A stretch of DNA of 63,995 bases, counting the filler, from Alloascoidea hylecoeti (Eukaryota), in the NCBI GenBank assembly GCA_001600815.1. It is 5 parts of 5 records of this genome, joined end to end, with 100 filler letters (N's around TTAATTAATTAA, not from the genome) between each part and the next. Parts side by side here need not be neighbours in the genome. Positions count along the whole stretch, not along the records: positions 62,950 to 63,995 come from BCKZ01000134.1; 4 more parts are not named here. The stretch is one strand, 5' to 3'. A program made the translations under genes and the position numbers. Shown piece by piece: positions 63,488-63,995 of the stretch. Under the pieces are notes generated by a model. That model saw only the letters and a list, made by a program, of their open reading frames with translations, was not told where the DNA came from and did no database searches. Position 1 is the stretch's first letter. Every line of letters begins with the position of its first letter.

Positions 63488-63995
63488 GTACGATAGGTAG
63501 ATCCTCACGGATTTTCCCCCGTTCAGAACCGGACTTGCGGCTTTCACCGCATACGGCTCAAACAATCCCTTTTTTGTCATTTGCACAATGACTATTCAGT
63601 TTCTGTCTATTTCTTCTGATCTATCAGTTTGAAGTCTTTCTTGTTCCGTTTTATATAATATTTCTTGTCACCTTTTACTGTTCCTTTATAATATTTTATC
63701 GGATGATATGCTATATTGTAGACTAGTATTTGATTACCGTTCTCATCCACATAACCAAAACTTGTTGCTTTGTTGTGTTTGTTTCTACTAATACAGTATC
63801 TTTCTGTTACTTTCTTCACTGTTTTCGTTTGCAATTTACGCTTTCCTCATCTTTGTAAGTTGGCCCATATGTACATTTGCATGTTTTGGAATACTTGTTT
63901 ACCATTCGTGCTGTCATAGTAGTTGGCTCATCCTCTTATTCTCGGATTTAATTCTTTAATTATTTCTTTGATTGATCGATTTAGCGCACCTCTCA
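63488..63995 (-). mobile_element. Group II intron in rnl (3' part: ORF end, domain V, domain VI)
   Basis: Domain V GAGCCGTATGCGGTGAAAGCCGCAAGTCCGGTTC at 63559-63526; domain VI ends CCTATCGTAC directly before the rRNA exon. Confidence 0.92.
63607..63993 (-). CDS. Intron-encoded RT/maturase, domain X and C-terminus (TGA=Trp), partial
   Basis: IIKELNPRIRGWANYY...IWANLQRWGKRK...VKGDKKYY; open only with TGA read as Trp. Confidence 0.88.

Overview
AT-rich budding-yeast (Saccharomycotina) draft scaffold. Several contigs are joined by artificial 100-nt N/TTAATTAATTAA linkers, so adjacency across gaps is unreliable. The 3.5-20 kb block holds housekeeping genes: SAC3, HOM2, RPA14, mitoribosomal bL34m, MRPL1, a divergent GPI17-like gene, TMA64 and an MCH-type transporter; SAC3, HOM2 and probably the GPI17-like gene carry short introns. 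The rest is gene-sparse: an SDR, a Crz1-like zinc finger gene, a Ser/Thr-rich cell-wall protein, intron-split CRZ1, an inverted pair of alcohol acetyltransferase genes, Ty1/copia and Ty3/gypsy pieces, and a terminal mitochondrial contig (rnl plus a group II intron). The most unusual signal is a set of foldback-like, apparently Tc1/mariner-type DNA transposons. Their long terminal repeats start TA|CAGT (or a decayed TAGT/TAGC) and are built from up to about 17-19 degenerate units spaced about 23 bp apart; a decayed Tc1-type DDE fragment lies nearby. Also notable are an rnl group II intron whose maturase looks chloroplast-like and lacks an endonuclease, and an ATF inverted pair that could exchange C-termini by inversion. 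All calls were made by eye; no searches were run.
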